NCBI GenBank assembly: GCA_037379345.1
Contig: CM074513.1
Coordinates: 50,013,195-50,077,194 of the forward strand
Direction of reading: 5' to 3'
Source: Perna viridis
Lineage: Eukaryota
Length of the DNA: 64,000 nucleotides
The notes beneath the pieces were generated by a model. The model was not told the origin of the DNA. It ran no database searches and saw nothing but the letters and a program-made list of their open reading frames with translations. The position numbers and the translations under genes were made by a program. Shown here one piece after another: positions 49,765 to 63,104 of this stretch; position 1 is the stretch's first letter; each line of letters opens with the position of its first letter.

Positions 49765-50320
49765 TTTGTATGCTCCGAAAGTATAAGATTAGGGCATATT
49801 CTTTAATTCTTGTCCGTTCGTCCCACAAGTTTTCGCACGATAACTCATTAGCGCTTGCACCAATTGAAATGAAAGTTTTAGAAAGTGTATATATATCCAT
49901 AGTGGTAAGCTGCCTTTACTTGAGTTGAAAAATTCCAACTTTTGTGTTTGAGTTAACCAAAATTAATTCATTTATAGGGGTGCCTTTTCGTTTAGCTTAA
50001 TAACTCAAAATCGCTTGCACCACTTTAGATAGAACCTTGGGAAAGTTTTTATATATATAATTGCGAACCTCCTTTAATTTTGAAAAAAATCCACTGCTTT
50101 ATTTGAGTAACATTAATTTAAAAGGGATGTATTTTCCAGTTTTCACACAATAACTCAAGAACGCTTGCATCAATTAAAATGAAACTTTGGGAAAGTGCAA
50201 GTATACATATCTGTAGTGGTAAACTCCCTTTAAATTGAATAGCATCAATCATGTATATTTAGCAAATTTCGATATGCTGTACACGTGTTTCAATGAGTAT
50301 TCTCTCTTCAGTAGCATCAT
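49765..50320 (+). mobile_element. HINE/pearl-like element with three 150-160 bp internal tandem units
   Basis: Units begin taactc..cgcttgca at 49841, 50001 and 50151, preceded by tgtccgttcgtcc. Confidence 0.65.
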
Positions 50321-51539
50321 AATCAAATATATAGGAAGATCTAAATCCAAATATTAGTTGTTTACAAGAAGTATTCAAACAAAACCAACGCTACCGAAAT
50401 AGGAAGCAAAAAATTCATCACCAAAGGTTCCACCATGTGCAATACAAAGAATGTAGCCTCAGTTGTTTAGGTATTTTGAAATTTGTAATACGGCAATTTC
50501 TGATAAATACCGTAAAAAAAATCTGATATAATTCGGAGTCAAACAAGACTGTTTGGTTCGTGAAAACCCTCAGGAACCTTGATCCACCAGCAGTGACATC
50601 GATCCAGTGGTAACTAAATACAAAACACAAACCACATATACTGCAAATTTTAATATGCGGTATACGTGTTCAAGGAATTACCCCACATTAATCGTTTATC
50701 ATAAAAATAATCTTGAATATTCTCATTGTGCTTTTTAAAGTTTGAATAATGACTATTACTTTGAATCGTTCTTTTTTATGACTCGTATAAGTAGGTTTTG
50801 AACAGTTAATACCTGCAACTTTAATCGTGAACAGTCTAGAATTAGCATCCTGTAAAGGATTTTAATCCATCTTTTGTACATTAGTTTTCCTTATCTAAGT
50901 ATTGTTACTAAGAAGCTCAGTGAAAAGCTGTTAATTTATTTGGTTGAGTAACTGGAAATAGTCAAATAATTCACATGTGGAGGCATCATCAGTGTCTCCC
51001 AGACACAATGATATTTCTGGGTTAGTCATACTACGATCCTAATAAGGATTTTTTTGCTGTAAAATATCGATTTAAATGACTAACAAAGAAGAACTATTTA
51101 ATTTGTCTCATTTCAGCTTTGTATGTGTATGTATGAAATAATGAACTACGATATTGTTTGATAAGTTTAGTTATAATGCCATTCATAAGGCGTATGTGTA
51201 TTATCCAGTCACAAATGGTTTGTCCGTAGAGTAAATGTAACGTCCTTACGTCTGACTATCAAGAAATTGTAAATTTTATGTATAATGTCTTATTTGATAT
51301 TACCCAAATTAACGACATATAGTCCATTTGGAATTTTGATTTTCATTAACACAGTGAGGTGCACTACGCTATTTGAATGCCTTTACACTGCTCGTCTTGT
51401 TATTTGATGGATAAAGAATAAATATCCGGGAAAAAAATTGCTGTCGAAATATTTCAATACTTGTTGATTATATAGAACCTTAATATTTACACAGACACAG
51501 TACAAATGCAAAATACAATATTTACAATATGAAGAATCA

Positions 51540-54500
51540 TTTACAAATGACAAATGAATCCTGAACATTTCACGGTGAGCGGTATTGTCGAGTGCGCCAC
51601 CGAAAATACCACTGATATAGTAACTGATATAGTCAAAAGTATTGTTGAAGATTACCAAGAAGGTGATATTGTCCGTTCTCACCGCGTGGGCAACCCTAAT
51701 AGAAAGGATCGCCTTGGAAGGCCGTTGCCACCTCGGTAAATTATTGTACGTGTGAAAGTCCCTTTGACAAAAAAGCGAATCCTCAAGTCGAGTAATAATT
51801 TAAAGGATAGTGAAAACTTCAAACAAGTTCTGATAAATGAAGATCTGACAAAAACACGAAGTCTTTTCGCCTATAAATGTCGACAATTGAAGAACAACCA
51901 TTACATTAAACAAACTTGGTCAGTTGATGGTAAACTTTTCGTGAAGGAAAACAATGACAGGATAGTAGTTACCAACACTGACTCAGCTTTTAAGAAATTT
52001 GTTCATGATAGATGTCCTCCACAATCCATGAATTTGGTGTTCCCTGTATTAGACGTCGAGGAAGAGACATGTGCTGCTAGTATGGACTTCCGGCGTTCAT
52101 ATGGTACTGCTGCCGGTAGCAGCACCCAACGGGTGCAGTAATTTCATAAAACTAACATCAACTTTACATTGTATAATAAAGTATTATTCTAAATATTCCC
52201 AACTGCTACTCATGTAGTTTAACATTTTATTTAATTACAATGCATATTGTATTGAATGTTATTTTCTTATTGAAATGTAATACTTCCCAATCAAATAGGT
52301 TTTCATGTTACTTGACCTTCAGTAACTTGAATTACTCTTGATTATTAAGTCATTAGAGTGGAAGGGTCACTTCAAATACCCGATCACATCACTTTCTAAA
52401 GTTAAATCATTTTTCAATCAATACCTACTGATAAAAAAATATTAATACTTTGACAACTTCTGTCCCTAACTGTCACTTTACCTACTAAGTTTGCTTGCAC
52501 TGGGTTCGCATATGGATTGCTGAACATGTCCTAGACCTCTGCTGTTGTGATATTCCAGTCCCATCAATCCAGTGTGTAACGGCGCATTACGTGCATGCAC
52601 GCAGGCTGGTGATTACGTGATGATGACATATGATAGTAGTACTACACCTTGTTTTCATAGTATATTTCTTCGCTCAAGCGAAACCAATTGATCTACAAAC
52701 TATTTTGACACGATTGATTGGTTTCTTCACATCATTAGTCTAGACTTCACGATCGTAATTATGATGATTTAATTCCCCCTGCTTTTACGGTTACTTTGTA
52801 CTAATTGAATGTATCCCAAGTGTACCTAAGTACGCTAAATCTTGCAAAAATTAATCATAGAACAATTGTTAACACGATCAACTATTTTCAACATTTAAGC
52901 TATACAATGCATCTAAACGCAGTAACAACCATTGTAAATATTTTTTTTTCTTATTCTTTCCCACCTGTTTGACTTGCATCATGTACATATTTCCTACCTA
53001 CATATTTTTGATGAAATGCATTGTATTATATCCATTTTCAAAATTACACCCATTTATGATTTTTTTATGATTTTTGTATTTGTATGTATCCATCAACATT
53101 ATGTTTATCACACTCTCATTCCGCTAACCTGTACCTAATTGGTGTGACATAATTATGGATATCGGTATTGAACAATATAAAATGAAAGTGGGTCTCTTTA
53201 ATATATCCATGAAATACAATAGAGCACAGAACCTGTTATTATTAGATGTAATATGTATTAATCTTTTTGCGCTTTACAAGCTTGATTCTTTACCCATTAT
53301 ATTGATGTATTGTTACATTCAGAATTGAGTCATCATCATATTAATTCTGTGCAAAATGAGAAATGGGTTTTTTATCCAAAATCTTGTTCATGTTATATTG
53401 TTATAACAGTTCTACCGTTATTTATAATAGAGTTGTCGCTTCTTATGTCTGGTTTAGAATTCGATCCAGGTCCTTTTGGTCATGATAGCGAATCTGGGGA
53501 TAGTATGTTCATATCTGATAGCGATGCTTCGGAGTTTTCACACATTTTTGAATTATTATCTAACTCAGTGTCGTTTTTACATTTGAATGTGCAGAGTTTA
53601 TTACCCAAATTAGACATTGTATTAGCAGAATACAGTGAGTTTGACATATTATATTTTACAGAAACATGGTTAAACCAATCTGACACGGATGAGTCTGCAA
53701 AACTGATTGATTATGAAAAACCATTTCGTAGAGACAGGGAGGGAGATATAAGAGGGGGTGGGGTTATAGTGTATGTCAAGGACAACATTAACGCCGTCAG
53801 GCGCCCTGATTTAGAGTTACCAGACCTTGAGGTTATATGGATCCAGTTAAAGATCCGTAACAAACACGTTTTATTTGGGATTTTTTACGTTCCGCCTCAT
53901 AGTAGTAACGAGGTATGGAGAAAAATAGAACATTCTGTGGAATCAGCCGTCAATGATGTCTCTTGTGACTATGTCACATTAAATTTTAATGATAACCAGG
54001 AAAATCCCAATCCGAGAATGAATCATATTTATACTACATACAGTCTAGAGCAAATGATTAATGATCCCACAAATGTTACTGAAAACTCATCGTCTGTCAT
54101 TGATTTAATTGTCACTAGTAGCATAGATTTTGTGCCTTATACTCGGATGGGTCCTCCCTTATTAGACCAGGTTATATATCACTGTCCCATTATTGGGAGA
54201 CTAAATTCGCAAAAACCAACCCATTGTTCATTCAGGCGTAGAATTTGGTTGTATGACAGAGGTGATTATGATAAATACAGGCAATTATTATCAGATACTA
54301 ACTCGAACCGTGTGTTCTTGTCGGACGATATTGACCAAACAGTTTCCGATTTTTCAGATGTCATCTTCCAAATAAACTGGCGACGATTCGGTAGTCGGAC
54401 CCGAGATGGCTGACGAACGCGTTAAGGAGACTAATCCGTAAAAAGAGACGCTTGCACTCTAAAGCGACTTGGCAAGCGATTGGGCAAAATTTAGACGTGT

Positions 54501-56086
54501 ACGGAATTTAGAAACCTTACAAGTGCGGAAGGCCCAACATAGCTATCAAAATCAACTTGTAGACAAGTTGAAACAAAACTATCCTGGTGGCATATATGCA
54601 ACCAAAAATCTGATATGAAGAAACGACAAGTTGGTATTCCACCATTATTTAAAAACATGGTAGTCTCATTACCGATGGGACGGCCAAAGCGGACGAATTT
54701 AACGAATTTTTTGTTCTTCAAACCTAACTGAATGACTCTAACGTTCATTTCCCGAATCCAATCATGTCTGATAACGAGCTTACCGAAATCGTTATTATTG
54801 AATCCGAGGTAAAAGAGGTAATCAAAAACCTTAATACTGGTAAGGCATTTGGCCCTGACCTTGTCAGTCCGAGACTTTTAAAGACCGCGTTTTCCGAATT
54901 GAAAGGTCCATTATGTACACTTTTCAACTTATCGCTCTCGTAGTCGTTCTTTCCCAATATGTGGAAGGGAGCTAACGTAACGCCAGTTTTCAAAAACGGG
55001 AACGTGCGAGAGGTTGGAAATTATCGGCCTATTTCTTTACTCAGTATCATATCGAAATGTATGGAACATTGCGTATACAAGCATGTAAATTTTTACTTGA
55101 GATCATCACTCAGCACCAATCTGCCTTTACGCATGGCGATTCGGCTGTGAATCAGTTAATTGACATTTCTAATTCGTTTGGGCAAGCCTTGGATCACGGT
55201 AAGGCTACATTTAAGCTACAACAGTATGGACTAAACGGACGCCTGTTACTATGTTTTCGTAGTTACTTATCGGATCGACTACAACGCGTTGTTTTAAGCG
55301 GCGGTTTTTCTGGTTGGAAACCAGTGAGAGCTGGGGTTCCGCAATGATCTATACTTGGTCCTTTATTATTTCTAATTTTCATAAACGATATCTTTGATGA
55401 CATTGATGCTTATATTGACACTAGTCTTTACGTTATAGTGGAGACTCCTGACGACGCGGCACTAGTATTGAATAGAGATATTGAAAAAATCCACCGGTGG
55501 GCTTCACGATGGCTTGTACGGTTTAATCCTCAAAAGAAGGAAGCGATGTTTGTATCACGTAAAAATATCAGACAGGTACATTCTGCTCTACAGTTGAATA
55601 ATTTCGATCTTCAAGAGATCTTCAATCACAAGAATTTAGGGGTTTACTTTTCGGATGATGGTTCATGGCATGATCATATTGATTATATTGTTAAAAAGGC
55701 GTATTCGAGGACCAATATACTTCGGCGTGTACGTTTGGTTCTCAACCGTTTTACTTTGGAAAAGATATACATGTCATTTATCAGACCTATTCTAGAATAC
55801 GGTACCTTGTGGGTAGCCCAAACTGTGTTAGCGGACAAATTGAGTCAAACAGCCATTTCTTACTTGAATGTAATATTTATTCTTGTTTACGACGTACCAC
55901 TATTCACACTTTGAATTTTCAGTTTGACATTGAGATGTGTTTTGTCCTTTATTTGGAGACAGATTAGCATATGCCATAGGGCTTGTTTCCGAATCCTTGT
56001 GTTTATTTACTACACTGTCATATCATCTATGATATTGACGCATTCTTTGAAATAAAATATGATCCAAAATATGATAAAAAAAAAAA
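51540..56086 (+). mobile_element. Degenerate CR1-like LINE (partial ORF1, ~1 kb spacer, APE-RT ORF2 with deletions, 3' UTR and tail)
   Basis: ORF1: RSHRVG, INEDLTK, WSVDGK. ORF2 starts MDIGIEQYKMKVGLFN (~53155); APE motifs HLNVQSL, TETWL, RRDR..GGGV, YVPP; RT motifs WKGANVTPVFK, NYRPISLLS, GVPQ*SILGPLLFLIFIND; C-terminal IYMSFIRPILEY. The catalytic DxxKAFD and FADD segments are deleted. It ends aataaaatatg..aaaatatg plus poly-A. Confidence 0.9.
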
Positions 56087-56899
56087 CTAATCCAACATTC
56101 GTGTTGGGTTCAAAGGGCTGTGGTTGTATCATGTTGCGCTCAAACGTAGCTTTTTATTTGAATTTCCTTTGTTTATGTAAGTTGGTCCAAGTCATTTTAT
56201 AACACTCGATAAAATCTCATTTTCTTTCATATGCAGTGTATTTTTTATAGGTGCTAAGCGTAAGAAAGCTATTGATATATCAAATAAATTCAAAGAACGA
56301 AGTTCATCCACTGCCACTACGTAAATATATATTGACGGTCCATTTATAATCATAGATGGCTTTCTACGATTGGCATTACATATGTGCAGAAAACCTCCAT
56401 TGAGAACGAGAAAGATTACACACTGTCCTGGTATATCCAACCAGTTGGGTGCTGTAGGATATTGTATGATTTTATTCCATAGTATTATATCATGAACGAT
56501 TCTGTTTTGCTCTTTCTGTCAATACAGTGAATCCACGACATTGCAAGTGGTTTTCCTCTCTTTTTGTGTTCTTTTTGATGTAGCGTCACGTTAGTGCAGT
56601 ATCGATTTTTAGTCTTTCTTTGTCAAGCATGTTTTTTATACACCATTAACCCCCTTTAATGGAAGTATTTTTTGCTATATTCGCTCTATTCAATATCTAT
56701 ATATTTAACTTTAGATTTTCTATCTCTCGCTGTTTTTTATTGAACCGCGTTCTGGTCATAATTTTTATTGAACGATTTTACTGTCTTGAATCTATTAAAC
56801 ATTTAAGATCATCGTGTAGGACAGAACACATACCTTTACTAAACGGTCATATTAAGACAAAACATTTCTTTCTTTTATCACAAGTCGCATGACCTTTAA

Positions 56900-57600
56900 T
56901 TGGCCAATAGGCTCACGTTTGACATAGCATACCCTCTTTTATAGATATTGCAATCACTTGGTGTCCATCGTCGTCATCCATCGTCGTAGTTAACCATAGT
57001 TTTCAGAACTTATCCTTTGACACCTATGGACCAACTTGGTATGAATGTTCCTTAGGGTATTCTGCCTAAAACTGATGTTGGGATTTTTGATTCATCAAAA
57101 TGCATGGCCTTTATTACTAAAAACAGAGCGAAGGAGTCAGACAGCAGATTTTTGCATATTTTTCCCAAACCATTAGGTTTAGCCAAATTCTGACATGGGT
57201 GGTAGTGATTAGTATGATAAGATCTATTTGTGATCAAATTTGTGCATGTTTGCGTGAATCTGTTAAGTCATGTTGGAATTTGTGCCCTTTTGAACGTTGT
57301 TTTGCAATTCTTTCAAATTTTCTCCTCTAACACTGGTCATTAAGTTATTCTAGCAGATTTTCAGAACATAGGGGCCATATTGCAGCTTTTAGCACATTTC
57401 TTCAAAACCGTTAGATGTAGCAAAATTCTGTTGTCTGATGATAATGTTTAAGCATGATGGAATATATCTGTGGTCAAATTTTCTTGAAAATCTATTCAGC
57501 CATGTTTGAGGTATTACCCTTTAAGGAAGTTTTTTTTTTACGATATTTTGATGTTAAAATTTCTAAAATCTTCTCATGTGAAACTATTTGACATAATTGT
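56900..57600 (+). repeat. HINE/Helentron-like repeat with tandem internal units
   Basis: Microsatellite-like (tccatcgtcgtc)2 start; body is a reverse-complement homolog of 21283-21678. Confidence 0.55.
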
Positions 57601-58337
57601 AAATGGATAAGATAAAACAAAAGAACTAATTATACTCGCAAGAAGAACCACTCATACAACATTCAGCCCGAGATTCATGAATCCGCGTGTAATTAAAAGG
57701 GGGGGATGAAATCAGGGGGTTCGAAAAAAAAAACATTCCGTAACATCCCTTCTATTCATTGTTCATTCTTTATTTGTAGTGGAAACAAATTTTGTAAAAT
57801 TTCAATCCTACAAATAAACTACTAGATAAATTTACAACAACAATAAAATAAAAACTGCAAGAGAGTTAAATTACGTAAATGCAAAATTTTCTACACCGTA
57901 ATCACTCTTGAATATTTTTTTTCTTAGTAATTATCAAATGTAAATGTTGAAAAACTTCATGTATCGAGTGTAAAACATTGATATCTCGTAGGCTACATAC
58001 CATAAGAAAGCAACATAAATTTGGGGTTGGTAGTTTTGCGCAAATTCTTATGGAAATTTCTGTTTGTGTTGATTTTGACGAATAAACGTTAAAGATGGTG
58101 GTTTAAACCATCTTCAAGAAATTTTCAGACCTTATCATGCATACTTTATGTTTCCTTCCCATGAAAATCCTATGGAGCAGTGTATCTAGTAGAAAGGTCA
58201 GCCACATACTTGGTCGTAAAGTACTTATTTAAAGTAAAGTATTGCTAATATGAACTTTAACCTACAATTTAACCTACTTAAGTACAGCTATGCCTAATAA
58301 CCCGGCAGATGCAAATAATCAATGATTCATGCATTTC

Positions 58338-58600
58338 CTAATCCAAAATATTTTTTATTGCAACCCCTTCTGTAGGCCCCATAGAAACTTTATTGGGAAA
58401 TATAAGCGCAATAAAAAGTAGTCCACTGGAGATATTAAAACTTAAAATTTTGTTGTGTTTTACTAAAAGCTGTCACAAAATAATTCAAGATTTACAAGAA
58501 ATTCCAAATATTTTTTATTGGAAGTCCTTCAATAGGTCTCATAAAAAACTGTGCAAATGAAAGTTGCCCACTGGAGATATCAACACTTAGAGTTTGACAA
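58338..58600. repeat. Degenerate tandem repeat of about 164 bp, two units
   Basis: tccaaaatattttttattg...ccactggagatat occurs twice. Confidence 0.7.
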
Positions 58601-59189
58601 TGTTCTACTACAGAGAAAGTACAATTAAAACTTCCCGCCAGCATTTTTACACTATAACCAGTCAAAAAATATGTCATTATAAGTAGCAGATCCAATGGCA
58701 TGAACATAGGAAGAGTTGTTTTTCGGACCTAACAAATGTATTTAAACAGTTTAATTGATCTTAAGATATGATGAATCACCCCGCCTGGCTTTTGGCAGAG
58801 CCATACTTAAATGATATGCTATGGGTAACTTTATATCACGTACTTAGTAAACCTACAAGGAAGTATCTACTGGTCAACGAAAGTGAGTGGTCAAGTGCGT
58901 TAGTCGTTAAGCTTATGTTGACTTTTGCGTCACAACAATACATTTGTAATCTCACAGTTGTCGGTATGCACATTTTAGAGTTGGCAGTGTTTTCTGGCAA
59001 TGATATGTATACATTATCTTCCCATGCATTATGAAAAACATTTTTTATCAGTTAATATGTAAAATAGGGGATCATATCAACTGTTGCTGTCGCAGTAATA
59101 AATACCGCATAAAAGTCTCAATATGGGACCACTCAATAAACTACACTGCACCATCGCACCGCGTTTTTTAATAAAAAAAATTCCTTAGC

Positions 59190-59307
59190 TAAAATGTTTG
59201 AATTTTTGGTCGTCCCCTCGGCGGGACTCGAACCTGTACCACTGTTACATCTATTGCAAAATTCCCTGCACTAAGTTAAGGGCTATAGACCACTAAGCCA
59301 GCAAGGC
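59190..59307 (-). mobile_element. tRNA-derived SINE-like head, same family as 38126-38266
   Basis: On the - strand: gccttgctggcttagtggtcta...ggttcgagtcccgccgagggg. Confidence 0.65.
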
Positions 59308-59441
59308 TATATATAAATAAAACATCCATTAATTCAAAACAATTACGGTCGAAAACACGAGTTCATAGGTCGTTATGCTTTGGCTGTCTTCACCATCAGA
59401 ACAAATTTGTTCATAACGTCGTAGTAAACCAATAGCGTTTA

Positions 59442-59545
59442 AACCTGGATTGACATCATGAGCAACTCGGTGGGTGATTCGAGAAAAGCAGAGGACGCTT
59501 ATCATACTAGATCAACCAAGTCCATACTTCCAGTGTTAAGTGGAG
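59442..59545 (+). mobile_element. Degenerate Naiad 3' UTR fragment, copy F
   Basis: atgagcaactcggtgggtg..agaaaagcagaggacgctta matches copies A-E. Confidence 0.7.
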
Positions 59546-60092
59546 ATATTCTTTCAGTTTCCGAATGTATCCTTTTATTTAAAAGTTTTATTTATGATGT
59601 TTTGGCTGTGTTCACAGTTTACTAGTTGTTCCCGAATTGTCAATGTTCTATTGACTGTTCTTAATGGTTTCTTTGCTTTTACTACTTTATAAATAAAGTC
59701 GATATAACGAAATTAAGTTAAAATCAACGTAGAAATACAAAATACACTGACTTTAACGGTTTTAAACTTATGAAGCTTTTCATAAGTAAGCTAATGAAAT
59801 AGTATTAATTGTATGTCTCTATAGATTATATTATTTACCACTTACTTTTCACTATATACGATGGCTCTTTTCTCTCAGAAACATTCGCGCATATTTAAGG
59901 GCAGCCGCTGTTTGTAATCATACATTATTTATTTGATAAAATACAAATGTGAAGATATTTAAACACGGTTTACTGTGTATATGTCTTTTGTTATATTGTA
60001 ATCTATGAAAATTTAACCTTCATTTCAGGAATAATGGTCAATAAATCAGGAGCTATACGTCAAATAAAGAATATTACTTATTTTCGTTCATG

Positions 60093-60195
60093 TTAAACTA
60101 CGTTAAACGTTACTGAAATAAACTCGAAGTCAATCTCTCCTTTACCAATGTCTCGAGCCTTTGTAGGACGTGAACGCTGTAAAGCTGCGTGGTAC
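60093..60195 (-). CDS. Possible terminal exon of the kinase-like gene (YHAALQ...FNVV*)
   Basis: Phase-2-compatible cag acceptor, and K-x-H matches the family position, but the remainder is not recognisable. Confidence 0.3.
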
Positions 60196-60655
60196 CTGTC
60201 TACAACAATTGAAAACTTATAATTACAAATTTTGAGAAGTGAAAAAAAAACATATTTAAAAATCATAGAGCGCAAAAACGAGCAGTAAATCGTAACTAAA
60301 ACAAATACAAATAACAGACGATAGCACAAGAATTTACCTTTGTAACAGTGATAAACTCAGAGCAAACACTACAAATTATTCACTTCTATATTTCTCGTCG
60401 ATTCATGGTTATTCACAGCCTTTGCATAATGTTTGAGTCATAAAATTTTATTTCAAAGAAATATACAATGTGAGATCTTAAAAAATGAGAGAAAAGGTGA
60501 CGACAAAATCTTTCTATATACCATTTCTATGCTTTATACGTCATTGTTTTATAAAAACAAACCATTAAAAATTCTATCTTACTAGTAGGCATTTAAATCT
60601 TGAATCAATGTTGGTATTTAATATGTAATAGTAAAAAGTGATGAAAATCACTCAC

Positions 60656-60810
60656 TTGATGTATACCTCCGGTGTTTCCATTATGTGTGTTTCGCCATCT
60701 ATGTTGAACCGTAAATTAAGATCTCTATCCTCCGGAGGGTTGTTCTCAGTAGCTCGAATGTGAAGAGATTTCACTTGGCTAAACGTTACAAACTTCTTCA
60801 CAGACTCAAG
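60656..60810 (-). CDS. Ceramide/sphingosine kinase-like (DAGK/YegS C-terminal domain) exon
   Basis: tttttag acceptor, gtgagt donor, phase 0-2; LESVKKFVTFSQVKSLHIRA...LRFNIDGETHIMETPEVYI contains the (N/V)xDGE lipid-kinase motif. Confidence 0.7.
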
Positions 60811-61114
60811 CTAAAAATACGTTCAACACATTAAGTTGTTATATTATACAAACTGCAATAGAAAAAAACCAAACTTTTGAAACGTTCCAGCAAATAACTT
60901 AAATCTAAATCAATAAATGTCTTCAAAGGGCTCCAACTTGTGTAAACAGAGCTTTAACCAGCTCTGAAAGGGTGTCGTCCTGGTTTTCTCACTTTTAATT
61001 GCAGGCATTAATAAACATTGGGTGTTGTGTTGTTTAACAATTAAAGTTTGTTTCTTATATGTAGTTATTGTTTACTTGTAAATTCTTGTATAGATTTTTA
61101 TGACTATTGACATC

Positions 61115-61510
61115 GTAATCAAGGGAACCAAAATTCTAGCGGAAATCAAAAGAATGTAATCCAAGGACAAAGACCAGACATGGAAAACAGACACACACAA
61201 CAAAGAACATAAAATAACCAACACAATACATACAAAGTAACAAAGTAAATGAGCAACTCGGACTCCACTAAAAAAAACTGGGAGTATGGACCAAGTGCAC
61301 CGGTAGGATAAACGTCCTCTGCTTTTCTAGAAACACCCGCCGAATTGCTCTTAAAATTCCAGGGTAGACGAAAGAGGAAAGGAAAACTATGACAGGTTGA
61401 ACAAATCAGTTCTCATGGTGCAGTTGGATACACCGTAACGATCCACGTGTTCATGATGACGACCAAAAAACTTCTGTAGTGATGACTTCAATTATGTAGC
61501 AATATAACTC
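61115..61510 (-). mobile_element. Naiad-type Penelope-like element 3' fragment, copy G, in a kinase-gene intron
   Basis: Same 3' UTR and KF.GRHHE..DRYGVS terminus as copies A-D. Confidence 0.88.
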
Positions 61511-62277
61511 CAGGCTTACTTTGCTACAAGGGAACATAAGGAATTATGCACATTTCAACAAAGTTCGTTCACAAACTCCATGCTTATTATTAAAAAAAAC
61601 TTGCAAAAACTAAAAAAAAAATAAAGATTTGTTGGAATACATGTTCTAACAAATTTACCAAACACATACAAATTTATAGAAATATGAAAAGATGATACAA
61701 TTATGACAAATAATTAAGCTAACCACATGTACTCAAAGACTGAAATTAAATAGTCATTTTAAAAAAAATAAAAATTACATGTTTGTCTGATATATTGATA
61801 AAATGTAAATAGTATTTTCATTGTTGTTACATTTATTTTTCAAATTAATTATAATTTACCCAAATGATGTCAGAATTAAGTATGTAAAAGAATGTACTTA
61901 ATCATATCAAAAACAAATCATATAAATTTATGCAGAAACATGCATGTACGACACCTATAAATTGGTACAGACTATACAACTTTATAGTCAGTTAACTTGT
62001 CGCGGATATATTGTGTTAATCTTCGTAAAACAGGAATTACAAAGACGTATATTAGTTCTTTCAATGAGTGTATTCAACTCAAAAACGTAATGTATACTCA
62101 GCTATTAAATATAATTACGTGACGTTACAAAGGGTATATAGTTACGGCGCGCCTGGAAACGTTACAAAACTGAGTATACTGTGAAAGTATTGTTGTTCGT
62201 GGGATAACAATTTTTGTTGTTTTCGTGAGTAAGTCAAACCACGAAATTTGGTAAGGAGGTAAAGCTATACAACTCAC

Positions 62278-62459
62278 ATGCTCAATAGATAAATGGTAAA
62301 GATGGGCGAAATGTTTGATTAACTCCAACCGGCCACACTGAAGATAATCCAAACACTGGAACTGATTTCTTAGTTCGGGCTGTTGGTCGTAAGGTCTGTC
62401 CTGGAAATCTAAGTCATGTGCTGTTCCAACTACATTTATTATACTCTTATTTCGAGTAA
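62278..62459 (-). CDS. Upstream exon of the ceramide/sphingosine kinase-like gene
   Basis: tttcttgcacag acceptor, gtgagt donor, phase 1-0; ...CLDYLQCGRLELIKHFAHL resembles the CERK CSRxxFLxxL segment; joins 60656-60810 in frame. Confidence 0.65.
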
Positions 62460-62956
62460 CTGTGCAAGAAAAACCGATAAAAATATTTTGATACAAAATA
62501 TGTTATAAATGATTAAGTTAAACAAAACATTAGCATTACATCTTCCTGCTTCTAAGTAAACAGAGTCAATTTCTACAGTGAGAACATTTTTACTTTACAT
62601 GATCATTTATGCTACTACATGGATGTTGTGTTCGCAGATGAACTAATTTTAAACGAAACTATAAATCAACTCAAAGTATTGATATATAAAGAAAAATAAC
62701 CGGAATCGATTATGATAGAAATTACACAAAAATACTTGACTCGTATATGCGTACAAGTACAAGTCAAATTGTATAACTCAAATGTAATCATTAAGTTACT
62801 TACTGAAGAATAATAATTAATTTAAATTTTACATATATTCTATAATTAGCAAAATTGTGCATAACAAGAAGTAAGCCTTAACCATGAATTATATTTCTTT
62901 TTGAATGTAAAATGGAATGCATCTACATTTTTGACAAATTTAGTCGAACTGTGCTA

Positions 62957-63062
62957 AGGGAGGTAATCCAAATTGAAACGATTTTAGTCACTAGAGCGTT
63001 TGAATGACTCCTAATATGCAAGCTTCAAAGTGATACTAATGTTAAAGGGAAATAACTTCAAA
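62957..63062 (-). mobile_element. Fragment of the 36974-37775 Kolobok-type MITE
   Basis: Reverse complement of ~37648-37753. Confidence 0.8.
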
Positions 63063-63104
63063 CGAACCGCATTGTACCATATCAAAATGTTGAATTAAAA
63101 ATTG

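Noticed and set aside
62129-62178. Small candidate exon YTQFCNVSRRAVTIYP in the kinase-like gene
   Set aside because: Not needed: the stronger tttttag acceptor at 60810 joins the 62278 donor directly in phase 0 and gives a more family-like sequence.
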